From: Promethearchaeota archaeon | GTDB taxonomy: Archaea > Asgardarchaeota > Lokiarchaeia > Sigyniarchaeales > SOKP01 | Assembly (NCBI GenBank): GCA_048938855.1 | Contig: JBHLLT010000010.1 | Coordinates: 1 to 64,000, forward strand | Direction of reading: 5' to 3' | Length of the DNA stretch: 64,000 bases | Shown here: piece after piece, positions 49,322-59,894 of the stretch | How positions within the stretch are numbered: the first letter of the stretch is position 1 | How the letters are laid out: every line of letters begins with the position of its first letter | Position numbers and translations under genes: made by a program | The notes under the pieces: generated by a model | What the model was told of the DNA's origin: nothing | Databases searched by the model: none | The model's input: the letters and a program-made list of their open reading frames with translations, nothing else

Positions 49322-49801
49322 TTGTTAGAAGATGAGATGACGAGTCAAATTATAGATAAAAAAGCTTATAAGACAGAATTAGCCAGAAAATATACGCTTT
49401 TTCTTTCAAAATATCCTGAGATTTTTTCTGATTTGATTAATGGGTCAAACTTTGATTTTGCACTTTATAATTCATTTGAAGCATATGATGATGAGTCTCC
49501 GGCTGATATATTTAATGTATATCGAAATGAAAATGGAATTGAAATAAAACCCGGGAGAGCTATCGAGTCAGATTTGGAATTAGCACTTTCTGTAAATGCT
49601 GTTGAAAAATTAATCCAAACAAAAACGAAAGCAGAATATGCACAACTTTTAGGATCTTTTTATAATAATCCAGATGAGCAAAAAGGGTGGATTGACTTTA
49701 CATTACATAAAAGAACGCAAACTATAATTGAGATGGGCTACGGAAGATTTGCTCAAACTGCTGGTATCCTTGAAAATGATGGTAGTATAATAAAACTTTA
49801 A
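49322..49801 (+). CDS. Hypothetical protein, possible SCP2-like lipid-binding fold
   Basis: IEIKPGRAIESDLELALSVNAVEKLI resembles the SCP2 beta-D(L)xL-helix segment. Confidence 0.5.
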   Translation: MLEDEMTSQIIDKKAYKTELARKYTLFLSKYPEIFSDLINGSNFDFALYNSFEAYDDESPADIFNVYRNENGIEIKPGRAIESDLELALSVNAVEKLIQTKTKAEYAQLLGSFYNNPDEQKGWIDFTLHKRTQTIIEMGYGRFAQTAGILENDGSIIKL

Positions 49802-49849
49802 AAATCTTTGTTTTGAATTTAAAAAATTAAAAATTTCTTGTTTATAAAA

Positions 49850-51343
49850 ATGTCAAAATCACAAGAGTTAAGTATTAGAAATAAATACACTGGTGAACTT
49901 ATAGGAACTGTTCCTGCAGATACACCGGAAACAGTTCGAAAAAAAATAAAAAAAGTATATAATAAGCAAAACCTCCTAAATAAAATGGATTTTTTTGAAC
50001 GGGCTCAACTTCTTTCGAAATTTGCCAGTAAATTACGTTTTAAGAAAAAAAAATTGAAAGATATGATTGTAGCAGAAGGAGGATTGCCAATAAAGTATTC
50101 TGAATGGGAGCTTAATGTAGTAACTAATGGTTTTAAATTTTGTGATTGGTATTATCAGTTTTTAAAAGAAAAACCTTTAACTAGTATTGAAGGAGAACAA
50201 CTCGTTAGAATAAGATATCTTCCTCATGGTCTAGCAGCATGCATTTCTCCTCGTAATACTCCCATAAGTTTACCACTCTATCAATTAGGAGCAAACTATT
50301 TAGTCGGCAATGGAGCTATTGTTAAGCCATCCACAGCTTGCCCTTTAACTATGATAGAGGCATATTCTATGATGGAAGAAATGGATTTACCTGCCCTTGA
50401 GGCTTTAGATTTGGTGATAGCTCCTGGTGAATGGGCGGTGGATGAATTTATCAAATCTCCTTTAATTAAAACTTTAATGACGATTACAGCTTCTCATACA
50501 GCAAAAGATATATTAGTTCGTTATGGAAGATTTTTGAAGAAAACTGTTGATAAATCAATGGGAGTTCCCATGTACACTCAACCGTTTAAACATTTCTTTT
50601 TTGAATGTGCGGGAAACGATGCAGGGATAGTCATGGATGATGTAAATTTAGAACAGGTGGCTAAATGGAATGCCATGGCTAGTTATACTAATTCAGGACA
50701 ACAATGTTTTTCGATGAAAAGAATTATCGTACATAAAGATATATATGACGATTATATCGAATGTCTTATCAAAGAAATTGAAGGGTTAAAATATGGAGAT
50801 CCCACTGACCCTGATGTAGATATTGGCCCATTGGGAAGCAGGAAAATCTTAATGATGATGGAAGTAATGGTAGCTGACGCTAAAAAATACGGGGCTAAAA
50901 TATACACAGGTGGCGATAAGATAGATACTGGAGAAGAATATGGGCTATTTTATAAACCAACTTTAATAGAAATAAAACCTGAATTATGTGAAGATTTAAC
51001 TAAAGCTCCATTCCTATGGCGAGAAGAAGCCTTTGGTCCTGTTCGTTCCATTACTAAAGCTAATGATATGAAAGATGCCATAAGGTTAGCAAATACTAGC
51101 AATTATGGTATGAGAGCGGTAACATACACTTCAAATCTTAAAAATATAGAGATTTTTAAGAATGAATTAGAAGCCGCAAATATTTACATAAACGCCAGAC
51201 CTATGCTCGTTGATATAACAGTTTCTCTTGGAGGTATTAAAGATTCTGCTTACCCTGCTGGTTGTAAGTATTATCCACAAGAATTAGTATATGGAAAATA
51301 CATTTATGACGGTACCTCAATTAACTTGGAGAAAATAAAATAG
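49850..51343 (+). CDS. Aldehyde dehydrogenase, divergent
   Basis: RN.YTGE.IG, VKPS, ECAGND, SGQQCFS (catalytic Cys), DIGPL, EEAFGPV, YGM, GGIKDS. Confidence 0.9.
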   Translation: MSKSQELSIRNKYTGELIGTVPADTPETVRKKIKKVYNKQNLLNKMDFFERAQLLSKFASKLRFKKKKLKDMIVAEGGLPIKYSEWELNVVTNGFKFCDWYYQFLKEKPLTSIEGEQLVRIRYLPHGLAACISPRNTPISLPLYQLGANYLVGNGAIVKPSTACPLTMIEAYSMMEEMDLPALEALDLVIAPGEWAVDEFIKSPLIKTLMTITASHTAKDILVRYGRFLKKTVDKSMGVPMYTQPFKHFFFECAGNDAGIVMDDVNLEQVAKWNAMASYTNSGQQCFSMKRIIVHKDIYDDYIECLIKEIEGLKYGDPTDPDVDIGPLGSRKILMMMEVMVADAKKYGAKIYTGGDKIDTGEEYGLFYKPTLIEIKPELCEDLTKAPFLWREEAFGPVRSITKANDMKDAIRLANTSNYGMRAVTYTSNLKNIEIFKNELEAANIYINARPMLVDITVSLGGIKDSAYPAGCKYYPQELVYGKYIYDGTSINLEKIK

Positions 51344-51354
51344 CTGTACGACTC

Positions 51355-51762
51355 ATGGATTCTAAAGAATTATTTTCTAAATTAAAATCTTATTTTCCTC
51401 ACAACACTGATTTAATGAGACATTTAAGTGTAAATGCATGTTGGGAATACATTATTACAGAAAATTCATTAAACGAAAAAATTCCTAAACTACAATATTA
51501 TTTATACAAAAAAAATGAAGAACAATTAGAGATGGTTAAAAAAAATCCGGGGATTAAACCGGATTTAATTCTATATTTTACTGAGAATGCTATTTTGAAA
51601 CTAATAACAAACAATCCTATAGCTGAGGATTATTATCTTCATTATCACAAAATGATGTATAATCCTCATTCTGAAAAACAAGTGGATAATAAAATCAATA
51701 AACCTAGGTTAAAACTTCTTAAACTAGGCTATCAGAAATGGCAAAAAGACTTTAAATTCTGA
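51355..51762 (+). CDS. Hypothetical protein, possible SCP2-like fold, similar to 49322-49801
   Basis: KPDLILYFTENAILKLI parallels ESDLELALSVNAVEKLI. Both have a C-terminal L/I..GY..(W/F) motif. Confidence 0.5.
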   Translation: MDSKELFSKLKSYFPHNTDLMRHLSVNACWEYIITENSLNEKIPKLQYYLYKKNEEQLEMVKKNPGIKPDLILYFTENAILKLITNNPIAEDYYLHYHKMMYNPHSEKQVDNKINKPRLKLLKLGYQKWQKDFKF

Positions 51763-51859
51763 AAAAAACAGATTCAATATACACTTTCACTTTTTTATAA
51801 AGTAATTCTTATATTATTTTGAGACTTAATAATTTCTATTAAAACTAATATAATGAGAA

Positions 51860-53284
51860 TTGAAAATGAATAAAGAAGAAATTTGTTATCTGGCTGCGTT
51901 TGAGCTATTAGAAAAAATTAAAACTCAAGAAATATCATCCCAAGAGATAACAGAAATTGTTATAGAAAGAATTGAAAAAATCAATCCTGTAATTAATGCT
52001 TATTGTACACCTACATTTGATATGGCAAGAGAAGCTGCCAAAAAAGCAGATGATGCTGTTAAAAAGGGTGAGAAATTAGGATTATTACATGGAATCCCCA
52101 CTTCAATCAAAGATGAAATGCCAATTAAAGGAGTAAGAACAACTTTTGGATCAAGATTATACGAGAATAATATCCCCAATGAGGATGATGCATGTGTAGA
52201 AAGACTAAAAGACGCAGGAAGTGTAATTCTAGGAAAAACCAATATGAGCCCCTTTGGTTTTTTACACATAACTGATAATTTAATCTTTGGAGAAACTCGA
52301 AACCCATGGGATTTAGAACGAACTCCTGGTGGATCAAGCGGTGGGGCGGGAGCAGCTATAGCTTCTGGTTTAGGATATCTAGCATTGGCAGCTGATGGAG
52401 GTGGTTCAATTCGAGTTCCCTCTTGTTTATGTGGAGTTTATGGGATTAAACCAAGTTTCGGAAGAGTTCCTGTATATCCAACACATGGAGTACATTTTGA
52501 ATCATTAATTCATTATGGTCCGATTGTAAGGTATGTAAAGGATGCTGCTTTAATGTTGGATGCAATAAAGGGCCCACATTATGGAGATATGTATTCTTTA
52601 CCAGATCAATATATTAGTTATTCTGAAAAACTCGATGAAAAACCAAAAGAATTGAAGATAGGATATTCTCTAGATTTAGGATTTGCAAAAGTTCTTGATT
52701 CAAAAATTAAAGAAAATTTCTTAAATATTATTCAAAAATTTGAAGAATTTGGTTGGAATGTTGATTCAGCAAAAATTAAGATTAGAAATCCTGAAAGAAT
52801 TCTTATAACATATCATTCTGTTTTATTTGGTTATGATTTAATGACTAAATTGAGGGATTCCCGGGAACTGATACATCCAGGTCTTATTAAAGCTGCTGAA
52901 GCGGGATTAACGGCTACCGTGGGTGATTTTGCAAGATCGATGTCTCGACGCAAAGCGATATTTGAGAAATTTTATCAATTTTTTAACAATTATGACCTTT
53001 TATTAACACCTACAACTGGTTTGCCTGCATTTGAACTAGGAATACTATTTCCAACTCAAATTGATGGAAAAATGGTATCACCCACAGCATGGGCTCCTCT
53101 TGTGTCAGTGTTTAATATGACTGGTAACCCCGCCGCTTCTATCCCATGTGGTTGGTCTAATGAAGGTTTACCAATTGGTATGCAAATAGTTGGAAAACGC
53201 TTTGATGATTTAACAGTACTTCAAGTATCAAAAGCTTTTGAGGAGATAGCTCCTTGGCAAGACAAAAGACCAAAATTTGCATAA
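51860..53284 (+). CDS. Amidase signature family enzyme
   Basis: SIKD, GKTN, PGGSSGG, DGGGSIRVP (Ser-cisSer-Lys triad), GLPIGMQ. Confidence 0.95.
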   Translation: MKMNKEEICYLAAFELLEKIKTQEISSQEITEIVIERIEKINPVINAYCTPTFDMAREAAKKADDAVKKGEKLGLLHGIPTSIKDEMPIKGVRTTFGSRLYENNIPNEDDACVERLKDAGSVILGKTNMSPFGFLHITDNLIFGETRNPWDLERTPGGSSGGAGAAIASGLGYLALAADGGGSIRVPSCLCGVYGIKPSFGRVPVYPTHGVHFESLIHYGPIVRYVKDAALMLDAIKGPHYGDMYSLPDQYISYSEKLDEKPKELKIGYSLDLGFAKVLDSKIKENFLNIIQKFEEFGWNVDSAKIKIRNPERILITYHSVLFGYDLMTKLRDSRELIHPGLIKAAEAGLTATVGDFARSMSRRKAIFEKFYQFFNNYDLLLTPTTGLPAFELGILFPTQIDGKMVSPTAWAPLVSVFNMTGNPAASIPCGWSNEGLPIGMQIVGKRFDDLTVLQVSKAFEEIAPWQDKRPKFA

Positions 53285-53324
53285 CCTTTATTTTTTTTTA
53301 TTTTATTCTTTGTTTTTTCAAAGG

Positions 53325-54413
53325 TTAAAATGATTTCATGTTAGAAGTCGTAATATATGAGGAATCTCCGATTGTAATACTCTTCTTTATTAAATCCTCT
53401 AAAATGGTAAAATCTCCCACAATACTTTCTGAAGATATTATTTTTTTCAAATTGGCTCCATCCCCAATAACAGATTCAGATAAAATACATTTTTCTAAAA
53501 CCACATTATCTCCAATAGATAGATTTGGACCTATAACTGAGTCTTTTATTTTACAATTTTCACCAATATAGACCGGAGGAACAATTTTTGAGTCGATAAT
53601 ATTACCAGAACGAAATAATTTCTCATATGTGGGATCATGGATTTTTACTTCTTCTAATAATAAACGATTTCCTGCTATTAGACTCTCAGGTCGACCAAAA
53701 TCTAAAATATACTTTTTCATTTCATTGACTTTTAATTTAAAGCCTTCTTCAATTAATTGTTGAATAACAGGTGTAATGCTATGTTCTTGTCCGTTTTCTA
53801 ATGGTATTTTACTCTGTTCTTCTAATAATTCAAATAATCGTGGTGTAATACTCATTCCAAACAAATAAGCACCTGATACAGCTAGATTGGATTTAGGCTT
53901 TTCTGGTTTTTCTACAATATTTTTAACACTTCCTGCTCCGTTTAATTCAATCACACCATAATATTGTGGATTCTCTACTTGTTTAACATTTATCACACCA
54001 TCACAAATATCTTGATGAAAATTTAATAATATCTGTGAATAATCCTCAATAGGAAGTCTATCGCTCAAAAAGACAAAACAATCGTCATTTTGAGCAAGAT
54101 CTTTAGCCAATAAAATTGCATCTCCAAGACCACTAAAGAATGGTGTATCTGCTTCATAACCCAGTGGTTCTTGCTCTCTGAAGTGGAGTTCAAAATAATC
54201 TGAATGATTATTTTTAAGATACTCCATAATTTGCCTTTTTTTATAACCAACGATAAAACAGATTTTAGTTCCTTTAGGGAAGGAATTTTTCAATTTATTA
54301 AGTATATGATCAATTAACCTTTTTCCAGCAATCTTCAAGAAAGCTTTTGGCTTAGAATATGTAAACGGCTGAAGTCTTTTACCCACTCCAGCTAGTGGTG
54401 CAATAAGAATCAT
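53325..54413 (-). CDS. Sugar-1-phosphate nucleotidyltransferase with C-terminal beta-helix (glucose-1-P thymidylyltransferase long-form-like)
   Basis: AGVGKRLQPFT..PK, GLGDA, YGV, VEKP, DFG, hexapeptide repeats. Confidence 0.9.
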   Translation of the reverse strand: MILIAPLAGVGKRLQPFTYSKPKAFLKIAGKRLIDHILNKLKNSFPKGTKICFIVGYKKRQIMEYLKNNHSDYFELHFREQEPLGYEADTPFFSGLGDAILLAKDLAQNDDCFVFLSDRLPIEDYSQILLNFHQDICDGVINVKQVENPQYYGVIELNGAGSVKNIVEKPEKPKSNLAVSGAYLFGMSITPRLFELLEEQSKIPLENGQEHSITPVIQQLIEEGFKLKVNEMKKYILDFGRPESLIAGNRLLLEEVKIHDPTYEKLFRSGNIIDSKIVPPVYIGENCKIKDSVIGPNLSIGDNVVLEKCILSESVIGDGANLKKIISSESIVGDFTILEDLIKKSITIGDSSYITTSNMKSF

Positions 54414-54500
54414 TCTTTTAATTCTAAAGATGTCTAATTTGTAATATAAAAATTATAAAAATTGATAAAATAAAAAGTATTTTGAAACAATTTTATAGTT

Positions 54501-55034
54501 TCACAATATTTTAATTAGTTTATCTAAAGTATCATAATATTCCGCTTCTTTTAGCTTTTCCTTAAGGCTGCTTTTTAGCTTTCTTAAATAATAATTATCT
54601 GAATTTGTTCTATTTGCACCATGTATCAATTTATTCATAGCAATTCTTACTTTCTCATCTAGAATTTTTGGTGGAATTTCTTTGTATTTGTTAATTAAAT
54701 CTATTTTCTCGTCATGTAGTGTAGACTTTTCCCTATTTTCTGATAATCTGGTTAATATTGAATTCAAATTTCTTATCCACATTTCAATTTTATCAATATC
54801 GCCTTTTAGATAAGTTCTTTGGTTTAACCAATCTTTAAATTCTAGAGTTTCTTTTAGAAATTTATCGATTTCAGAATTTTCACTCGTCTTTTCTGTCTCT
54901 TTTTTTACTATATCTCGGATCTTTTTTTTCTTTAATTCTTGAACTTCCTCTTTTGAGAGTTGCTTAAAGGCTTTTTCTCTTTTAATTTTTTGCTCCTCTG
55001 AATCCTTTTCATTAAGCCATTTATCTATTGACAT
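54501..55034 (-). CDS. Hypothetical charged helical protein
   Basis: 177-aa ORF starting MSIDKWL. Confidence 0.6.
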   Translation of the reverse strand: MSIDKWLNEKDSEEQKIKREKAFKQLSKEEVQELKKKKIRDIVKKETEKTSENSEIDKFLKETLEFKDWLNQRTYLKGDIDKIEMWIRNLNSILTRLSENREKSTLHDEKIDLINKYKEIPPKILDEKVRIAMNKLIHGANRTNSDNYYLRKLKSSLKEKLKEAEYYDTLDKLIKIL

Positions 55035-55172
55035 CTTTAGTCTCAGTTACATTAAATATATTTATCATTATTTTGTTTATTATTAAGTATTTAACAGAAA
55101 CGAATGTAGCTTTCTTATATTATATTTCGGATAAATTAAAATTAAGAATTAGTTTATTTAATTATTGACAAG

Positions 55173-55943
55173 ATGAATATTAAAGGCATTATTTTTGATT
55201 TTGGTTTTACGTTATTTTATTTTGATAATCCTTCAGTTGAAAGATATTATGAATGTTTTAAAAAAGGATTAATGAAATCCATTGATATTTTGAAAGAAAA
55301 GAAAGTTTGGAGTGAGAAATTATCAAATGATTCGTTTGAAAAAAAGTTTGCTAAAAGCAGACAACATTTTTTTAGAAAGAGTATAAAAACCAAAACTGAA
55401 TTTCCAACATCGTTGATTTTTCAGAGAGTTTTAGAAACTTTAAAAGAAGAAAACATTATAAATGATATTGAGCATATTGATGAAAAAACTTATAATAAAT
55501 TAGCTGAGACTTATCATTCCTGTGAAGAAGATGAGTGGGAACCCTTTGAAAAATCAAGAGAAACACTAGAATTATTAATAAAAAAGCACATAAAACTCGC
55601 TTTAATTTCTAATCATCCGCATCACCAAACAATTGAAAATATGCTAAAAAAACATGATTTTGTAAAATATTTTGATTGTATTTTAACATCTGCTAAATAC
55701 GGAAGAAGAAAGCCAGATCCCAATATCTTTCTCTACACTCTCGAGCAGATAGGATTAAAGGACCATGCTAATTCTGTAGTAATGTGTGGAGATGAATATG
55801 CTGATATAATTGGAGCCCAAAGAGCTAATTTACAATTTATATTGCTTGAAAGAAAATATAAATTTCCTTTTGAAAAAGAAATTAATATATCAAATTTAAG
55901 AAAAATCAGTAATATTTCAGAAATTTTAAACTACATTTGTTAA
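55173..55943 (+). CDS. HAD-superfamily hydrolase
   Basis: FDFGFTL, ISN, RKPDP, GDEYADIIGA. Confidence 0.9.
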   Translation: MNIKGIIFDFGFTLFYFDNPSVERYYECFKKGLMKSIDILKEKKVWSEKLSNDSFEKKFAKSRQHFFRKSIKTKTEFPTSLIFQRVLETLKEENIINDIEHIDEKTYNKLAETYHSCEEDEWEPFEKSRETLELLIKKHIKLALISNHPHHQTIENMLKKHDFVKYFDCILTSAKYGRRKPDPNIFLYTLEQIGLKDHANSVVMCGDEYADIIGAQRANLQFILLERKYKFPFEKEINISNLRKISNISEILNYIC

Positions 55944-55960
55944 TAAAAGGTAAATTTTAA

Positions 55961-56090
55961 TGGCCCGGGGGGGATTTGAACCCTCGATATCTGGCTCCGT
56001 TAGCCCAGAAATAATAATTTATTGCTGTCAAGCCAGCGCCGTAGATAAAAGCCCTGGGGGCTAATTCTATCCATACTAGACTACCGGGCC
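55961..56090 (-). tRNA. tRNA-Arg(GCG) with two BHB introns (positions 22/23 and 34/35)
   Basis: Exons 56090-56067, 56040-56029 and 55999-55961 splice to 75 nt: GGCCCGG/CCGGGCC acceptor stem, CTGGC/GCCAG anticodon stem, loop TT-GCG-GA, TTCAAAT T-loop. Both introns form BHB motifs. Confidence 0.88.
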
Positions 56091-56155
56091 ATGTAATCCT
56101 TAAAATGTATTACTATATTATAATTATTATCTAATGGTACCTAATAGTTAAAAGT

Positions 56156-56818
56156 ATGTCTGATCAGTATTGCGTTATATTTGATATGGATGGTGTTTTA
56201 GCAGACACTGGACCTATTCATTTTGAAAGTTGGGTTAAAATGGCAGCAGAAATTGGTGTGAAATTTACAAGAGATTTATTTGAAGAAACTTTTGGTCAAC
56301 AGTCGCCTACCATTACACGTAAATTAGTAGGGGCAGATGTGGATGAAGATCTTGTGGAAAAATGGGCTAGTCTTAAAGAGAAATACTATCGAGAGATGGT
56401 AAAAGAAAAACTAGAGCCTTTACCCGGCGTAGTAAGAATTATTAAAGAATTAAAAACAGAAGGCTTTAAATTGGCTATAGGTTCTAGTGGTCCACTTGAA
56501 AATGTGGAATTACTATTATCTCGACTAAATATTAAGCCATTTTTTGATGTGATAATTACTGCAGCAGATATTAAGAAGGGCAAACCTGAACCAGATGTAT
56601 TTCTTACTGCTGCAAAAAAATTAGATATCATACCAAAAAATTGTATTGTCATTGAAGATGCACCAGTTGGTTTAGAAGCTGCCAAAAGAGCAGGTATGAT
56701 TTCAATAGCTCTTACAACGACCCATAATAAAGCAGAACTCATTGGTGCTAACTTAATAATTAAGGATCCAACTGAGATTAGCATTAGGGATATTAAAAAT
56801 CTATTTGAATTGAGTTAA
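56156..56818 (+). CDS. HAD phosphatase, beta-phosphoglucomutase family
   Basis: FDMDGVL, SSG, GKPEPDVF, IEDAPVG. Confidence 0.92.
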   Translation: MSDQYCVIFDMDGVLADTGPIHFESWVKMAAEIGVKFTRDLFEETFGQQSPTITRKLVGADVDEDLVEKWASLKEKYYREMVKEKLEPLPGVVRIIKELKTEGFKLAIGSSGPLENVELLLSRLNIKPFFDVIITAADIKKGKPEPDVFLTAAKKLDIIPKNCIVIEDAPVGLEAAKRAGMISIALTTTHNKAELIGANLIIKDPTEISIRDIKNLFELS

Positions 56819-56910
56819 AATATCAAATAAAATGAAATTTTATATTTTTTACAATAATACTTCAATTATATTAAATTCTTAAAACTACAATCAAAAAAAG
56901 GTTTAATTTT

Positions 56911-57876
56911 ATGGTAAAAACAAAAGTAACAGAAATGCTGGGTATAAAATATCCTATTTTCTGTGGAAATATGATGAATATTAGTTATCCCTCATTTGCC
57001 GCTGCATGTTCAAATGCGGGTGCTCTTGGAATTATGGCTTCTGTAATGTACAGAAAACCAGAAGAATTACGGGAGGCACTCATAGAACTTAAATCTTTAA
57101 CAGACAAACCAATTGCTGTAAATGTAAATTTATTTCCCATGTTAAAGCCAATTAAACAGATAGATCACGTAAAGGTGATGTTAGATGAAGGAATTAAGAT
57201 TATCGAGACTTCTGGTCATCAAGCGCCTGATAAATATATTCCCCTGTTTAAAGAGCACCAAGTCACTTGGATCCATAAATGTGCTGGAGTTCGCTATGCA
57301 CAAAAGGCAGCTTCATTAGGTGCGGACATTGTCGAAGTAGTTGGTTGGGAAAATGGTGGTGCAACAGGACGTTATGATATTGGAACATTAGTATTGACTC
57401 CTGCTACTATTGATGCTATAGATATACCTGTTGTAGCTGGAGGTGGTATTTCAGATGGCAGGGGTGTAGCTGCAGTATTAGCATTAGGCGCAGAAGCGGC
57501 GCTTATGGGCACTCGTATCATGGCTACTCAAGAATGTCCTATACACGATAATTTAAAACAAGCTTTTATAAATGCTTCAGTCTATGATACTATGCTTATT
57601 ATGCGATCTCTTAATGCTACTCATCGAGTATGGAATAATCAAGCAGCACAAAAAGTTATTGAGTTAGAGAAATCTAAAAGTAATCAAATGGACATATTTA
57701 ATGCTGCTGCCGGTGCTAAATCTAAGATGATGTATGAAGAAGGCAATTTAGATGTGGGTGTAGTTTCACTTGGTCAAGGTGTAGGGCTTATTCACGATAT
57801 TCCCACAGTAAAAGATTTAATTGAACGGATTATGAACGAAACCAATAAAATCATTCAAAATCTTTCTAAATTATAA
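56911..57876 (+). CDS. Nitronate monooxygenase / FabK-like FMN oxidoreductase
   Basis: TEMLGIKYPI, SNAGALG, TDKPIAVN, GWENGG, VVAGGGISDGRG, MGTR, GQGVGLI. Confidence 0.9.
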   Translation: MVKTKVTEMLGIKYPIFCGNMMNISYPSFAAACSNAGALGIMASVMYRKPEELREALIELKSLTDKPIAVNVNLFPMLKPIKQIDHVKVMLDEGIKIIETSGHQAPDKYIPLFKEHQVTWIHKCAGVRYAQKAASLGADIVEVVGWENGGATGRYDIGTLVLTPATIDAIDIPVVAGGGISDGRGVAAVLALGAEAALMGTRIMATQECPIHDNLKQAFINASVYDTMLIMRSLNATHRVWNNQAAQKVIELEKSKSNQMDIFNAAAGAKSKMMYEEGNLDVGVVSLGQGVGLIHDIPTVKDLIERIMNETNKIIQNLSKL

Positions 57877-57944
57877 CTTTAAATTTAAATTTGTTTTTTA
57901 TTTTAAATATTCATTGATGATCCAAAATTAACAGAATAGAATTT

Positions 57945-59705
57945 ATGTCTGATAAAGATATTAAACAATTACTTTGGTTATATGGCCTGAAAAATGCGGT
58001 CAAATTTAATGGGCATCCAAATAAAAAAGCAATAATGGGAAAGTTAATGGCTTCTAAACCTGACTTAAGAACCCAAACTAAAGTCATAATTCCTATGTTA
58101 GATCAAGTCATAAATATAATTTTAAAGTTAGATTTAGAACAGCAAAAGAAAAAGCTATTGGAATTGGATCCTCATGCTTTAGATAAACAAGAAAAAATTG
58201 AAGAAATTAAAGAATTGCCTGAATTACCGAACCTCTCTGAATATAAAAAAATTGTTATGCGTTTAGCTCCCTATCCAAGTGGGGCATTACACATAGGAAA
58301 CGCTAGAATGATTATATTAAACCATGAGTATACTAAGAAATATAATGGTGAACTTATTCTTTTTTATGATGATACAATTGGGAGTCCTAAGTCCTTGCGA
58401 GACAGTCCTAAAGCAAAATATGTATTACCAGAAGCTTATGATTTAATAAGGGAGGGTTTAGAATGGTTAGGGGTAAAATATAACAAAGTGTATTATAAAA
58501 GTGATAGATTAGAGATTTTTTATGATTATTGTGAGAAATTAATTAAAGATAATATTGCTTATGTTTGTTTTTGTTCTGCTGGTGATTTCCGTGAAAAATA
58601 CAAGAAAAACCAATCAAATTGTCCTCATAGAGATCAGCCTATCGAAAAAAATTTAGAAGAATGGAATGCTATGCTTAGTAGAAAATATTCTGAAGGCGAA
58701 GTTGTTGTTAGATTAAAAACTGGTATGGATCAAAAAGATCCAGCTTTAAGAGATCAGATTATAATGAGAATTTCAGAAGCAGAACACCCAAGAGTGGGTA
58801 ATAAATATATGGTTTGGCCTATGCTTGAATATTCCTGGGCAATTGACGATTATTTAATTGGTGCAACTCATATACTAAGAGGGAATGACTTAGTTAAAGA
58901 AGGAAAAATAGAAGAATTTATCTGGGATCATTTTGGTTGGAGAAAGGCTGAATTAATATATTATGGAAGAATTAATTTTGCTGATATGAAATTGAGTAAG
59001 ACTGAATCTAGAAATAACATTCAGAGTGGAAAATATGAAGGATGGGAAGATCCTAGAACATGGAGTTTACAATCTCTCAGAAAAAGAGGGATAAAACCGG
59101 AAGCATTAAGAGAAGCATTATTAGAACTGGGTTTATCGCAATCAGGAATAACATTTTCAGTAAATTGGTTGTACTCGAAAAATCAAGATATTATAGATGA
59201 GATCTCAAATAGATATTTTTATGTTGAAAATCCGATATCAATGATTATTGACAATATTACTGAAAATGAGTATATTGCAAAGCCCCTATTACATCCGACA
59301 GAACCGAAAAAAGGAAAGAGAATTATAAAATGCAAAACAAGAGATAACCAATTAAATCTATTAATTTCTTTATCAGATGCAAAGAAAATTAAGAAGGATC
59401 AAGTTGTTCGGTTAAAAGATTTAATAAATATAAAGATTAATTCTATTGATTTGAATAAAAATATAATTTTTGCTTCATACCATAGTAAAGAATTAGATAG
59501 AGAATTATCAATTATTCATTGGGTTCCTCAGGATGAAAATATTGAGGTCTCCATCCTAAATCCTAATGGTGCTTTATCAAAAGGCAAGGGTGAGTTGAAC
59601 CTTTTAGAAATTCCTATGAATCAAACAATCCAATTTGAACGTTTTGGATTTGTTAATCCTATAAAATGTGAAGATAATCATCTCTATTGTTATTTTACGC
59701 ATTAG
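57945..59705 (+). CDS. gltX: Glutamate--tRNA ligase, archaeal type
   Basis: RLAPYPSGALHIGN, THILRG, LSKT, WEDPR, IQFERFGF. Confidence 0.97.
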   Translation: MSDKDIKQLLWLYGLKNAVKFNGHPNKKAIMGKLMASKPDLRTQTKVIIPMLDQVINIILKLDLEQQKKKLLELDPHALDKQEKIEEIKELPELPNLSEYKKIVMRLAPYPSGALHIGNARMIILNHEYTKKYNGELILFYDDTIGSPKSLRDSPKAKYVLPEAYDLIREGLEWLGVKYNKVYYKSDRLEIFYDYCEKLIKDNIAYVCFCSAGDFREKYKKNQSNCPHRDQPIEKNLEEWNAMLSRKYSEGEVVVRLKTGMDQKDPALRDQIIMRISEAEHPRVGNKYMVWPMLEYSWAIDDYLIGATHILRGNDLVKEGKIEEFIWDHFGWRKAELIYYGRINFADMKLSKTESRNNIQSGKYEGWEDPRTWSLQSLRKRGIKPEALREALLELGLSQSGITFSVNWLYSKNQDIIDEISNRYFYVENPISMIIDNITENEYIAKPLLHPTEPKKGKRIIKCKTRDNQLNLLISLSDAKKIKKDQVVRLKDLINIKINSIDLNKNIIFASYHSKELDRELSIIHWVPQDENIEVSILNPNGALSKGKGELNLLEIPMNQTIQFERFGFVNPIKCEDNHLYCYFTH

Positions 59706-59894
59706 ATAATACTGATTATAAGAAACCAAAACATGATTTTAGCCCTTAATTTATCAAAATTTGTCGACAAATTATTTCTATAAAAACACATCAGAATATT
59801 GTGTAATTATAGATTAAGAGGATAAAATTTTAATAAATAAATAGCAATTTGTAACTCTATATAAATATTAAATTTAGTTGGGATAATATTTTTC

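Noticed and set aside
51860-53284. Amidase as GatA
   Set aside because: It has DGGGSIRVP rather than the GatA-type DTGGSIRQP, and no gatB or gatC is nearby.
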